The notes under the pieces: generated by a model | What the model saw: only the letters and a program-made list of their open reading frames with translations | Database searches by the model: none | Told to the model about the DNA's origin: nothing | Program-made: the position numbers and the translations under genes | Assembly (NCBI RefSeq): GCF_006345805.1 | Contig: NW_021834133.1 | Span: 1 to 26,846 of the forward strand | Direction: 5' to 3' | DNA: 26,846 nucleotides | Origin: Octopus sinensis | Taxonomy: Eukaryota | Shown here: one piece after another, positions 1 to 10,560 of the stretch | How positions within the stretch are numbered: position 1 is the first letter of the stretch | Layout: the number at the start of each line of letters is the position of its first letter

Positions 1-155
1 CGCAGCGTACTCATTTGTGCCAGCTGAGTGGACTGGAGCAACGTAAAATGAAGTGTTTTGCTCAAGAACACAACGCGTCGTCCGCTCCAGGAATCGAAAC
101 CACAATCTTACGATCATGATGCTGACACGCTAACCACTAAGCCACGCGCCTCCAC
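1..155 (-). mobile_element. tRNA-derived SINE, 5' part, cut by window edge; same family as 24749-25060
   Basis: Reverse strand reads GTGGAGGCGCGTGGCTTAGTGGTTAG (A box)...GGTTTCGATTCC (B box), then TTGTGTTCTTGAGCAAAACACTT...CACTCAGCTG, colinear with the copy at 24749. Confidence 0.85.
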
Positions 156-1140
156 ATACACATATATAATAGATGATAATATAAATGGATGATACCTGGT
201 AGCTTACTGGTAAAACGCGATCACTTTCATAGTGTTCATTATGCATTTGGTTAATGATAGACAGAACATAGAAGATACAGACAATCTTTATTAATCACAA
301 CAATGGTTTCGACCCATCTAGCATTGATTCCTCACGGGTGGGATACATAACTACTGGTTAACTCATCAACCAAATACATGCACACACACATATATATGTA
401 TGTATGTGTGTGTGTGTGTGTGTGTGAGTAGAAAATAAATTTATTTTATTCCACACGGACAGAAACATAAGAAAAATACAGGTTGAAAATGCACTAAGAA
501 TAGTTAAAATGTGTTTTATTAAATCATTTGAAGCTTTAACCTGTTTCACAGCTTACACTGAGTACCAGTCGTTTCAGCAGACAACCCGTTGGCTTATAAG
601 AGTCCTTTCAATAGGACCAAACACATAATGGTGGTGGTAATGATTCGGGGAGTTTGGGTCATTTTCTTTAAATCCAATTCGGTTTCAATCCCACTACTTT
701 CTCTCTTAAAATCCTAAACTACGAAACAAAAAAGAAAAAAACTGAACAAAATATAGGAAATATTAAATAAATAAATAATTTGAAAATTTCGATCTACATT
801 TAAACGTCTTTTTTTTGTATTTTAGCTGTAAATGAGTTTGTTTAAAGTACAAAGAGTAGACCTGACATGTTGGTTTTTAGTAAAACAAGACAATTATCAA
901 CAAATAAGTACCAGACGAACAATTAAGCTTACCATTTCAGAAAAAAAGTATATGTATAGGGGAGTGTATATGTGTGCATGTTTGTGCACACATACATACA
1001 CATACATACAATATGTCCATAATATAGAAATACGTATATAGAGAAGTAGAGAGAGGACGAGATAGAGAGGGAGAGAAAGAAATAGGGAGAGAAAGAGATA
1101 GAGAGAAAGACAGACAGACAGAAAAACAAACAAACAGATT

Positions 1141-1265
1141 AGATACATAGAAAGATAGTTTGATATATATATATATATATATATATATAGATATATATAT
1201 ATATAATAGATAGATTAGATAGATTGAAGATAGAAGATAGATAGACAGATAGAAGACATATAAAT

Positions 1266-1332
<67 letters not shown>

Positions 1333-1350
1333 TATAGATAGATGGATAGA
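1141..1350. repeat. compound (TA)n/(TAGA)n microsatellite
   Basis: Directly visible tandem units. Confidence 0.95.
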
Positions 1351-1889
1351 AGAGAGCTAAATGACTTCGTTTGTAGTTGTCCGATTGCCGCCGTACAACA
1401 TGATGAGCCGAGTAAGGTGGCATTAAATAGGGGAGGAGTGAAGGAAAATGTTGATAATTCTATTGTTTTGAATAATTAATTCTTTATCCCTCCTGGTGTA
1501 AAAACCTTCATCTAGATGTCATTGTACCCATGTGCAATCTAAGCAACACACAATTAGTTCATTCAATTACGAAAGAATCAGTGCTGACCGGTTCCAATTT
1601 ATGTTTAAAAAATTCTTTTTCTCCCATTTTCTCGTTGCTATTATGTTGAACTTTTGCATGTTCAAATTTGGCCTAAAGCGTTTTTTCAACATCTATTTCT
1701 GCTTGCAGTAGCCGTTTTTTTTTTTTTTTTTTGTGAAGCTATCGTTTCTTCAGCTGTTTAAGACGCCAAGATATCACAAATTGTCAAAGTGTAGTACAAC
1801 GGTTTTGTTATGGAATGGTGAAACTATTTTTTCGTCGCCTGGAAAAGCAATGTTTTCGATACTTATGACATTTTTGCATAATAGCAAAG

Positions 1890-2031
1890 ATATATATATA
1901 TATATATATATATAGAATGGGAGAAAGCGCTAATACAAGATCTAAGTTATATGATTTATAAAAAATGTAATATACAAATAAATATCTGTAAATATAAACC
2001 ATCCGATTTTCTGAGTACCTCATTTCTTCTA

Positions 2032-2093
<62 letters not shown>

Positions 2094-2277
2094 CTGTATA
2101 TAAATGTCTTACATTGATTTGCTATCATTGTATGCATAAGTGTACATATGGTGTGCACGTGGAAAGCACGATAGCCATTTGAAATGCAATTATATTAAAA
2201 TAACGTGCTTTTATATAGCAGTGAAAAATTACTACCCAAATACTGGCAGCAAATTTATATATACATATATGTATGTG

Positions 2278-2310
<33 letters not shown>

Positions 2311-2469
2311 ATACATATATATATATATGTATATATGCATATATATATGTATGTTTTTATTTATATTTATATGTGCGTATGTGCATGTATGCACATGCAT
2401 GTGCTATTATCTTTACATATACATGTATATATGTCTGTATTTATATGCATATTTGTATGCATATATGTA

Positions 2470-2522
<53 letters not shown>

Positions 2523-2545
2523 ACGTATATATGTGTGTGTGTGCG
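1890..2545. repeat. cluster of (TA)n and (TA)/(TG) compound microsatellites (about 1890-1914, 2031-2092, 2258-2545)
   Basis: Directly visible; explains the IY/VC-rich ORFs in the track. Confidence 0.95.
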
Positions 2546-2879
2546 TGTAGGATGTGTCCATACAATACAGTTATGAGTATGAAGGTAAATAATTTAAAGT
2601 TTAGTTGCATATGTATATGATTGTGCGTATATATACATGCTAATGTGTATGATATATGCGATACTGTTCCAGGATTTCGTTTTATTTTTACGCCGTGGTT
2701 TATACATTTTCATACCAGCCTGAAATTGCCGTTGCTAACGTCTTCATAATTAATTATACTTTCTATATTTTTGTTTTTTTTTGTTTTTGAGCGTCAATAC
2801 GTTTATGCATATACATGCAATATTTTTTTTACTCCATCTGGTTTTACTGCGATCTTATAACTTTTGGGAGTTTAACAAC

Positions 2880-2883
<4 letters not shown>

Positions 2884-2924
<41 letters not shown>

Positions 2925-2961
2925 TTAAACATCAATTAGCACTCTCAGCTTTTATAAATAA

Positions 2962-3027
<66 letters not shown>

Positions 3028-3040
3028 CAGAGAGAGAAAG

Positions 3041-3071
<31 letters not shown>

Positions 3072-3072
3072 G
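2884..3072. repeat. (TA)n tracts followed by a (GA)n-like tract
   Basis: Directly visible. Confidence 0.95.
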
Positions 3073-4290
3073 GTGAAAGAGTGAGATTGTGAGTGAGAGA
3101 AAGAGGCAGCGAGAGAAATGACGGGTAGACGGAATGACATGAAACAAGAATCTAGAAGGCTTTCGATAGGAAGAGATTTCGTTTGGTAGGTCGAATTGCA
3201 GCTCATGAAGAGATGCTCATTTAAACTTCTTAATATAACTTTCTGAATATTAACGAAGTTTTATCTGTAGGAGTAAATTTAGAGGTATCATGCTCAACTA
3301 TTAGCTGAATTATTGAAACATTTTCATAAGGATATATTTGTTGATCTCGAACTCGGAAACATTGCAAATACGTTGCTCGAGAACTGTATCCGAATCAAAA
3401 TTTGAATAATAATATTTAGATGAAATATGGCAACGTAACATTGCGAATGATATACGTAAAGGCAGCTGCTAATAGTAATATATCTTAAGCTTTACATCAT
3501 TTAACCCTGTATAACGGCTATAAAGCAAGTGATATATAATTTGGATCATTTATTTGGTAAACGTCCACCCGTGATTTTAATTTGGTCCTTATGGTTTGAC
3601 ATAGCATAGGAAATAGACGCTGCCAAGTGGTGATGAAGTACTAGATAGATTTCATCACTTTTCTTCATATCTCATTAGCTTTTTTATCGAACTACTCCAT
3701 CACCTTCAGAATTAAAGATATTTTGGAAATATGCCAACAAATTCCCAAAGACTTTTCGATCCGAGAGTAAAATTCCGAAATTGAAACTGCTTTCATTAAT
3801 TGTTTTCCGTTTGCTTCTTGGTTCGAATTAGTTTGGTCAGATCAGTAGAGTTATTCGAGCTGTTGGAAGATCATTGAACCTTAATAGGGAAAGAATTTGT
3901 AGTTGGAGTTTGCCACGAGATATTTGAGAGCACTGTGCCAAAAAGGTCCGCATTATATACACGTATACATACCTATGCGTTTATATACATACATGCATGC
4001 ATACATACACACACATACACACACCTATATACATGAAAGTATGTATGCGTACGTAGAGGAGAAAGAGAAAGAAAGAGAGAAAGAGAGAGGGAACTGTGTA
4101 AACAAACTGTTTGATGCATTGAATACTATTTTCGACTTTTGTTTACGAACCGTTGTACAGACATTTGCACAACACACACATCCACTGTTATGAGCGCACA
4201 CACATACACGCACCCAGCCCATAAATATGGTGGGTTTTAGGATACCACCTAAAATTTTGTTTTCTTGTAATGTGCTATGGACATATCAAT

Positions 4291-4594
4291 TGTTTGTTCC
4301 TTCTCGAGCCACGTCTAGCTCATAAGGGCCGGTATCCCGGTTTCCTTGGCGTATAGGTTCCCCACCCGGACGGGACGCCGGTCCGTCGCAGATGAGCTGC
4401 AAGATACAGGAGGAAAGAGTGAGATAAAGTTGTGGTGAAAGAGTCAGCAGAAGTTTCGCCATTACCTTCTGCCGGAGCCGCGTGGAGCTTCGGTATTTCG
4501 CTCATAAACACACACATTATCCGGTCTGAGATTCGAACCCGCGATCCCTCGACCGCGAGTCCGCTGCTCTAACCACTAGGCCATGTGCCTCCAC
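4291..4594 (-). mobile_element. full-length tRNA-derived SINE with imperfect 11-bp TSD
   Basis: Minus-strand head GTGGAGGCACATGGCCTAGTGGTTAGAGCAGCGGACTCGCGGTCGAGGGATCGCGGGTTCGAATCTC (A and B boxes); body includes CTGCGACGGACCGGCGTCCCGTCCGGG (resembles V-domain-like SINE bodies, from recall); tail GGCTCGAGAAGGAACAAACA; flanks GGACATATCAA (4279-4289) and GGGCATATCAA (4595-4605). Confidence 0.9.
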
Positions 4595-5047
4595 GGGCAT
4601 ATCAAAAAATCGGAACAAATGTTTTCCCAGTTTATTTCGTACCGTCTGATGTATTCCAACTCTGAATTATTCCGTGAGATGGAATAACTCAATATGAAGT
4701 AGAAAATATATAGGTGCCTTTGCCTATGGGGAGTTTACTGCCAATGCTAACGCTGCTACATATCGATGTATATTGTTGTTATTTAACCTTCATTGAGTAA
4801 ATATTCTATCAAAGGCATCTCAGACGTGTCCATTTGGTCTCTTGTGAACTTTGTTTGTTAATACAGCATACTTTATTATTTAAAAGAGGCTTCGGTTTTG
4901 TTATTATCAGAACAGTTACTCGTTACTTTGAGAAAGGCATTTTGCCTGTTGTTAATTACATTAGTAATTCATTATTTATCACTCGCATGAACAATCTAAA
5001 AGTCCATATGAAATTTATATTCTGAATATTCAAGTTGACGATGTATA

Positions 5048-5263
5048 AGAGGGGTTGCTGAAAAATTCCTGGCTTTGGGCAAAAGAAAATACAGACGGAT
5101 CAGTTAATTATGACTATATTCAATACACTTCTTTCTTAGATACACGCACTTATTGCAACAGCCCTCAAGTATTTCTAAGCCTTGAAAAGAACTCGGAAAG
5201 TTGGGCCTCCAACCAGAGCTTTCGCGGCACCCATAAAGCCAGGATCTTTTCAGCACCCCCTCG
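5048..5263. mobile_element. Tc1/mariner-type MITE, 216 bp, 29-bp TIRs, TA TSD
   Basis: Left TIR AGAGGGGTTGCTGAAAAATTCCTGGCTTT (5048-5076); reverse complement of right TIR (5235-5263) is CGAGGGGGTGCTGAAAAGATCCTGGCTTT; TA at 5046-47 and 5264-65; no transposase ORF. Confidence 0.85.
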
Positions 5264-5427
5264 TATGTAATGCGTGGTTTCAACACAAAATGCTTCAATG
5301 GTATATGTCACTCTAGAGTTTTAGATTCTATAATACTTAATCTCAAGAAATTAATTGTTTAATCAGAAACTCTAAGCATGAAAATAAATATACTGAAGTG
5401 AATTTCTTATCATAGATTATAATTGCT

Positions 5428-5664
5428 CTCTTTACTCTTTACTCTTTACTCTTTTACTCTTTTACATGTTTCAGTCATTTGACTGCGGCCATGCTGGAGC
5501 ACCGCCTTTAGTCGAGCAAATCGACCCCAGGACTTATTCTTTGTAAGCCCAGTACTTATTCTATCCGTCTCTTTTTGCCGAACCGCTAAGTGACGGGGAC
5601 GTAAACACACCAGCATAGGTTGTCAAGCAATGCTAAGGGGACAAACACAGACACACAAACACAT

Positions 5665-5707
<43 letters not shown>

Positions 5708-5850
5708 TACGACAGGCTTCTTTCAGTTTCCGTCTACCAAATCCACTCACAAGGCATTAGTCGGCCCGGGGCTATAGCAGAAGACACTTGCCCAGGATGC
5801 AACGCAGTGGGACTGAACCCGGAACCATGTAGTTGGTTAGCAAGCTACTT
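5428..5850 (-). mobile_element. tRNA-derived SINE with internal (TA)n, 3' portion; head interrupted by the 5851-8087 insertion
   Basis: Colinear as reverse complement with the intact copy at 15529-15966; (GAGTAAA)n tail at about 5428-5462; breaks off at ...CAAGCTACTT 5850. Confidence 0.92.
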
Positions 5851-6023
5851 TATTTCAAAACATTTGCCATAAAGGCAGTGCACAGATTAAGTTAGCTTTG
5901 TGGGCTGGACGAGGACATTAATGAGGTGAATGATAATGAAAGAAAGATGATAAGGATGGGAGAAGACAAAAAGCGCCCGCCGACTTTGGCTTCTCTAAAA
6001 CATTGTTCTTTTTAAAGATAAAC

Positions 6024-6150
6024 ACAAAACGAGGTATTAAACCTCTTACAATTTTTCCAATTTTTGGACTTAGCAGTCCATTATTAATACAAAACGAGGT
6101 ATTAATCCTCTTACAATTTTTCAATTTTTGGACTTAAGTCCATTACTAAT
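6024..6150. repeat. imperfect tandem duplication, about 65-bp period, right after the ORF1 stop
   Basis: ACAAAACGAGGTATTAA(A/T)CCTCTTACAATTTTTC(C)AATTTTTGGACTTA...GTCCATTA starts at 6024 and at 6089. Confidence 0.9.
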
Positions 6151-7389
6151 AATACATATCGTCCTCGAAATAGCTTGTACCCGCGCCCTCCGCCATCAAC
6201 CACGCCTCCCTCAGAACGTAGTCAAGTTCCGAGTTCGCGTCGCCCGGGACCAAGTTATAATCTTCATTGAGCTCCTTTAGCCCAAGCGTCACGTCGAACG
6301 CCACGGCCTCCACAGCTACCTGCGGAGGCCATTCGGGGTCCTGTGTGAAGGCTAAAGGTGCTCCGTTGTAGTGCTCTTCCATCACTTTTTCAATTTCTCC
6401 TCCTCTATAGAAGAGGACCAATACGTTCAGTTCTTTCGTTGGCGGCACAATTTCCGCCAACGGTATTCCTTCTCTTGTCGGTGGCACAACCCCAACCGAC
6501 GTAGTTCCGGGACGTTCCGGTGCTACACTGACAGCCGGTAATGTCCCGTTTTTCTTCCTCTTTTTCTTTTTTTTCCCTTTTCAACTGAGGGAGGGTGCGT
6601 CTCCTCCGTGGCTGGAAGATTCGCCTTCCTCTCCTCATCCCTATTATCCTTTGGTGAGCACCCATTGTTGCTCACCTTCCTCTTTCGGCCTCTGTTTGAG
6701 GAGTCCTCTGCTTTCTCGGCCGTTATCATTCCCTCTTCTAGAGCGGTTTTACTTAACTGTTCCGGGATCCTATTTTGTTCCCGAGGACAGTTCTTCTTTA
6801 TGTGGCCGGACTCCAAGCACCGATGACACTTAGGGGGGCGACCCTCAAGCATCACCGGGTACCTGCACCCGGCCATTTTCAAAAAATCTGGAAGAACCAG
6901 ATTGGCTGATTGGGTCCACAGGGTCAAAATTGCTTTTGACCCAACCCAAGCAGCCGCAGGAAGAACTTTTACATTGAGGAGCTTAGTTTCGCTGTCACCC
7001 AGACCCCGGCGGATAGTCTCCTCTATCCACTCGGGTTCTATGTCGGGTGGCAGTCCGCAGATCCAAGCTTTCATCAATTTCTTTTTTTTGTACGTGGGCA
7101 GGAATTAGATTTCCTTACCCTCCAAGGATTTGCTAGCAAATTTTCAAGCCTCTTCAGGGGTGTCAAATAGCAACCACACCGTTGCATATTTGACACCCCT
7201 GGAAATGAATTTAATTGTTGGCAAATACTCTTCCAACTCCTCCTCAATTGCCGTCTTTTCGAATAGGGCGATGGTGTCAAGTGCCTTGGAGTAGGTTCTC
7301 AACACCACCGTTCTATCTTCACGGTCTTTTAACCACTTTTTGGGTGGTATGATTTCCCACTCCAAAATTTTGTTATTTTTCATTGCCAT
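6146..7389 (-). pseudogene. ORF1p/gag-like nucleic-acid-binding protein with CX2CX4HX4C knuckle (about 414 aa reconstructed; 2 stops, 1 frameshift)
   Basis: Track ORFs 7144-7389 and 6523-7077 are in the same frame, joined by ...DTPEEA*KFASKSLEGKEI*FLPTYKKKKLMKAW (TGA 7146-44, TAA 7107-05); CHRCLESGHIKKNC at 6828-6787; adding one A in the A8 run at 6567-6574 fuses into the 6146-6487 frame (EKGKKKKKRKKNGTLPAVSVAPERPGTTSVGVVPPTREG...). Confidence 0.8.
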
Positions 7390-8087
7390 GTTTTTTTAAA
7401 AATATATTCAAATTAAACTCAAAAGCGGGAAGAAAAAAGTCCAAATAAAATTTGATAGATTTTTGAAAAAACAAAAAGGAGAAAGCACAATAGAAGGGAA
7501 GAAATTAACGGAAAGTCGCAATAAAGAAAAAAACAAAAGGGAGGGGGGGTTAAATGAAGTTCAAAAGAAAGTTAATAAACAGAAAAAACACAGCAAAAAT
7601 ATTCTGGCCTTGCGGTACTCCCGGCCTGGGTTGAACCTGGAACGCCGCAACTGCAACACAACCTCCACAAAAATGGGTCCGAAAGGTAATCCAATAGTGG
7701 CTTATTTTTATACTTTTCTTGCGAAGTACTCTGACAAGGGAATAAATTCAACAAACCCAAACACAGCACTGGCTACCGCCAACGGTAATTTTAACAGTAA
7801 CTGTATTGAATTCTGAGGATACGCCCCTCCACTGTTTTTCTTTTTTTTTTTTTTTCCAATGAACACAAAAACGGCAGCCGCCTAGCGCAGGCGAAATTGT
7901 CTCAGAGTTGGACACAACTTACTGAAATAATAATTGGCACGCAATAAATTATGCCCAACTCACAATAAACAAAATCACTTACCTCGACAACTTTCCGTTT
8001 TTGGTCTTTTTTCTTTAATTGGACGGAGCTAATTGACTCGCGTCCACTCTCGCTGAACAGGAAGCAACTGACTAATTGCGCATGTGC

Positions 8088-8123
8088 GTTAGCAAGCTAC
8101 TTACCACACAGCCACTTCTGCTC
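8088..8123 (-). mobile_element. displaced 5' head of the SINE at 5428-5850
   Basis: Reverse complement GAGCAGAAGTGGCTGTGTGGTAAGTAGCTTGCTAAC matches the head of the intact copy GGCGCAGAAGTGGCTATGTGGTAAGTAGCTTGCTAAC at 15529. Confidence 0.9.
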
Positions 8124-9059
8124 AGTGCACTATTTATTTATTTTATGTTTCTTTGAACTTTTAAATTAAGAAAAGTGATTACAGTTAATTTAGCATAAAT
8201 GACGACACAGCAAAATGAGACCACCGCCCCACAATCGCACACACGCACAAAAAAAGCGAAAAACAAAAATGTCTGAATATTAAATGTAATGGAAGCCATG
8301 CCGGTCATGTCTAACACTGTAGGTTAATTTCATTGTGATTATACACAACGATCATACGAGAAGAGCAAGATTATCTTCTTAGTTAAAAAAATTCCGTTTC
8401 TTCATGATTCAAATTTACATGAAATGATCTATGATATCGAGTGTAAAACTCAATAATATAATTTGGATACATTTCGTAAAGTTTATACACAATATATATT
8501 GGAAACTAAAATAACATTTACTAGTCTTATACAGCTCCGATTTTGTTCTTGTGATATGGTTTAGACATTATTTAAATACTTTTCTTGGATCCTCATTTGG
8601 AATTCTTTTTCCACATTTTTAAAGTATTGTGTTCCTGTTTGTATTTTTCGCTCTCTATCTGTTTGCATTTACCTCTTCTATATATAATCCCGCATGCATA
8701 CATCCATCGTCATTACACTCTCTGCATCTTGCATGACAAAAAAAATCAATGTCTCCTATATTCAACAATTATCTCTTATATACTCCTACAACTTCTCATA
8801 TATATCTCACAAAGATAACCTTATTGAAGCTATCTGTTATTGTGACAACCAAATCACACTTTAAAGGACCTTTGTTTCATCTACTAACATATTAGGTAAT
8901 TTTAATTACTCGAGTTTCAATTAAACATGATACATTAGTGACACAATTTTATGATTTACACCGTCTTTCTTCCTCTGTCTCTCTTCTTCCTCTCTCTATC
9001 CCTCTCTCTCGCTCTCCATCTCGCAGATTCGCCTTGTATATTGCAGCACTTGTCATGGT

Positions 9060-9200
9060 ATAAAGAGAACTGGCAGAATCATTTTAGCGTTATGTAGTAT
9101 ACACACTTAGAAATATATTGCATATCTTTGATTTCTAAATTAGCGGAGGACAGCCTTTTGTTATTTTGGGATCAATAAATATGATACTAATTGGTACCCT
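9060..9200 (+). mobile_element. highly degenerate SINE of the 11410-11802 family
   Basis: GAACTGGCAGAATCATTTTAGCG...TTCTAAATTAGCGGAGG...CAGCCTTTTGTTATTTTGGGATCAATAAATATGATAC aligns loosely by eye with the family head and body. Confidence 0.45.
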
Positions 9201-9591
9201 ATTTATGAATTGCAAAAGACAAATTCTTCTGTCTGTCGTTTTCATTTTCAGCAACACTTCTATCAGTAAGAAATTACATGTGTTCAACCCAAAAGAATGT
9301 GGGTCCACTATGTTTTAAATGCGTGGGATATGGTCAATGTCTCTGTGGTGTTTCTGTGACTTAATCAAAGCCTCTGCCCATGCATTATATAAACCAGAAT
9401 GGTGATACCGAACAGCATGTTTAGAAAAAAAAAAATTTCATTACGCCAACCAGTCAAAGAACAAGAAGAATCCATTTCAAACAACCACAAAAGCAACTCT
9501 TCAAAATGTATTATTGTTTCTAGTTTACTAAATGCTTCATGTTTTATGCCATTGTTATAATTCATTACTAAACTGATGTATTAGTATTATT

Positions 9592-9672
9592 ATGCTAACC
9601 GTTGCCAGTACGATTATTTGGATAATAGTACTTCTCTGTATAACCTACTGTGCAAACTATTTTTCGAATAAG
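9592..9672 (+). CDS. candidate short first coding exon, signal-peptide-like (MLTVASTIIWIIVLLCITYCANYFSNK)
   Basis: ATG at 9592, 27 codons with a hydrophobic core, ends at AAG|GTAAGC (phase-0 donor, GT 9673-74). No matching next exon identified. Confidence 0.25.
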
Positions 9673-10299
9673 GTAAGCAGTTTCCGATGGGGCACACAAC
9701 TGTGATGATCGGAGTATACCAGTCTCTCAGATAATTCTATAGACTAATGTTTTCCTAACCAGATAGCATCCACGACATGACAACAGTTTATAGATTTTTC
9801 AGCCTCTCGAAAGTGCCCTTAAAGTATTCTCATTTACTGTGTGGAATATTTCTAAGTCTAAAGGTCACATAGGTCGATAGTTGTTGATCCTAAGTTGGAT
9901 TAATCCTTCCTCAACAAGCTAGTCTGAAGGAAAATTGGTGAAGTCACATTAGCAATGCTGCTGCAGCCTGTTGCATTAACAACGAGTCGGCCATGTTGTT
10001 GGCTTTACTGGATTATATGTATAAATGCAAAACACTTAACATAGTAAAACTGGCATGGAAAATAAGCTAGCGTAAAAGAAGCGCTCTGCAGTGATCTAAA
10101 TAATGGGTAATAATGTGTGGCAATATGCGCATAAACACGTCGATACGAATGCAAGGAACAAGTTTTAGAAATGGTTTTAAGAATCATCAAGAACCATACA
10201 GTTTTCTCGACCTTTTATAGAAAACAGATTTATTTCAAATCACACGTCATCGCCTTTAAAGAAGGGTGCATTCAGTTATATCGTCCTAATTATAAAATA

Positions 10300-10528
10300 A
10301 GCGCGGGTATGTCTGTTTGATTAAGAAGCTCTCTTGGCAACCACGTGGATTCAGGTTCAGTCCCACTGTGCAGTACCTTGAGCAAGCATCTTCTACTCCA
10401 GCCATAGGCCGAATAATGCCTTGTGAGTAAATCTGGTGGACGAATATTATGGACACCTGTCGCACGCACGTGTACCCCCACAAACACACACATATCTCTT
10501 TGTATGTGTGCGTGTGTATGTATGTGTG

Positions 10529-10559
<31 letters not shown>

Positions 10560-10560
10560 A
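10300..10560 (+). mobile_element. old degenerate copy of the 15529-15966 SINE family, ending in (CA)/(TG)n
   Basis: GGATTCAGGTTCAGTCCCACTGTGCAGTACCTTGAGCAAGCATCTTCTACT...GCCTTGTGAGTAAATCTGG matches the family body. Confidence 0.75.

Larger units (their letters stand above)
5851..8087 (-). mobile_element. L1/Tx1-like non-LTR insertion carrying ORF1 only (non-autonomous or internally deleted), 15-bp TSD
   Basis: GTTAGCAAGCTACTT occurs at 5836-5850 and 8088-8102; SINE sequence resumes exactly on both sides; ORF1-like reading frame with CCHC; 3' end ...TTTTGAAATAAA with AATAAA at the junction; about 700-bp 5' UTR; no RT motifs found. Confidence 0.85.

Noticed and set aside
560-610. Minus-strand hammerhead-like string CUUAUAA-GCCAAC/GUUGUC-GAAAC-GACUG-GUA
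   Set aside because: Two core substitutions, a 4-nt insertion before GAAA and no stem I pairing.
358-3206. Many ORFs rich in IY, VC, HT or LS repeats here and across the window (also 12069-13486, 15039-16986, 19659-21694, 25875-26186)
   Set aside because: They are translations of (TA)n, (TG)n, (GA)n and (TATC)n microsatellites, which lack stops in some frames.
4520-4594. tRNA-like sequences with A and B boxes (also about 85-155 and 24749-24815)
   Set aside because: They continue into SINE bodies and lack a proper acceptor stem, so they are SINE heads, not tRNA genes.
7463-7816. 117-aa antisense ORF in the retroelement 5' UTR (ORF0-like idea)
   Set aside because: TTG start, N-terminal third is A-rich low complexity, and no recognisable motif.
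8038-8071. Inr-like TCAGTT with downstream GGACG (DPE-like) at the element 5' end
   Set aside because: GGACG is at +25 to +29 rather than +28 to +32, and the Inr is about 18 nt inside the end; too weak to call.
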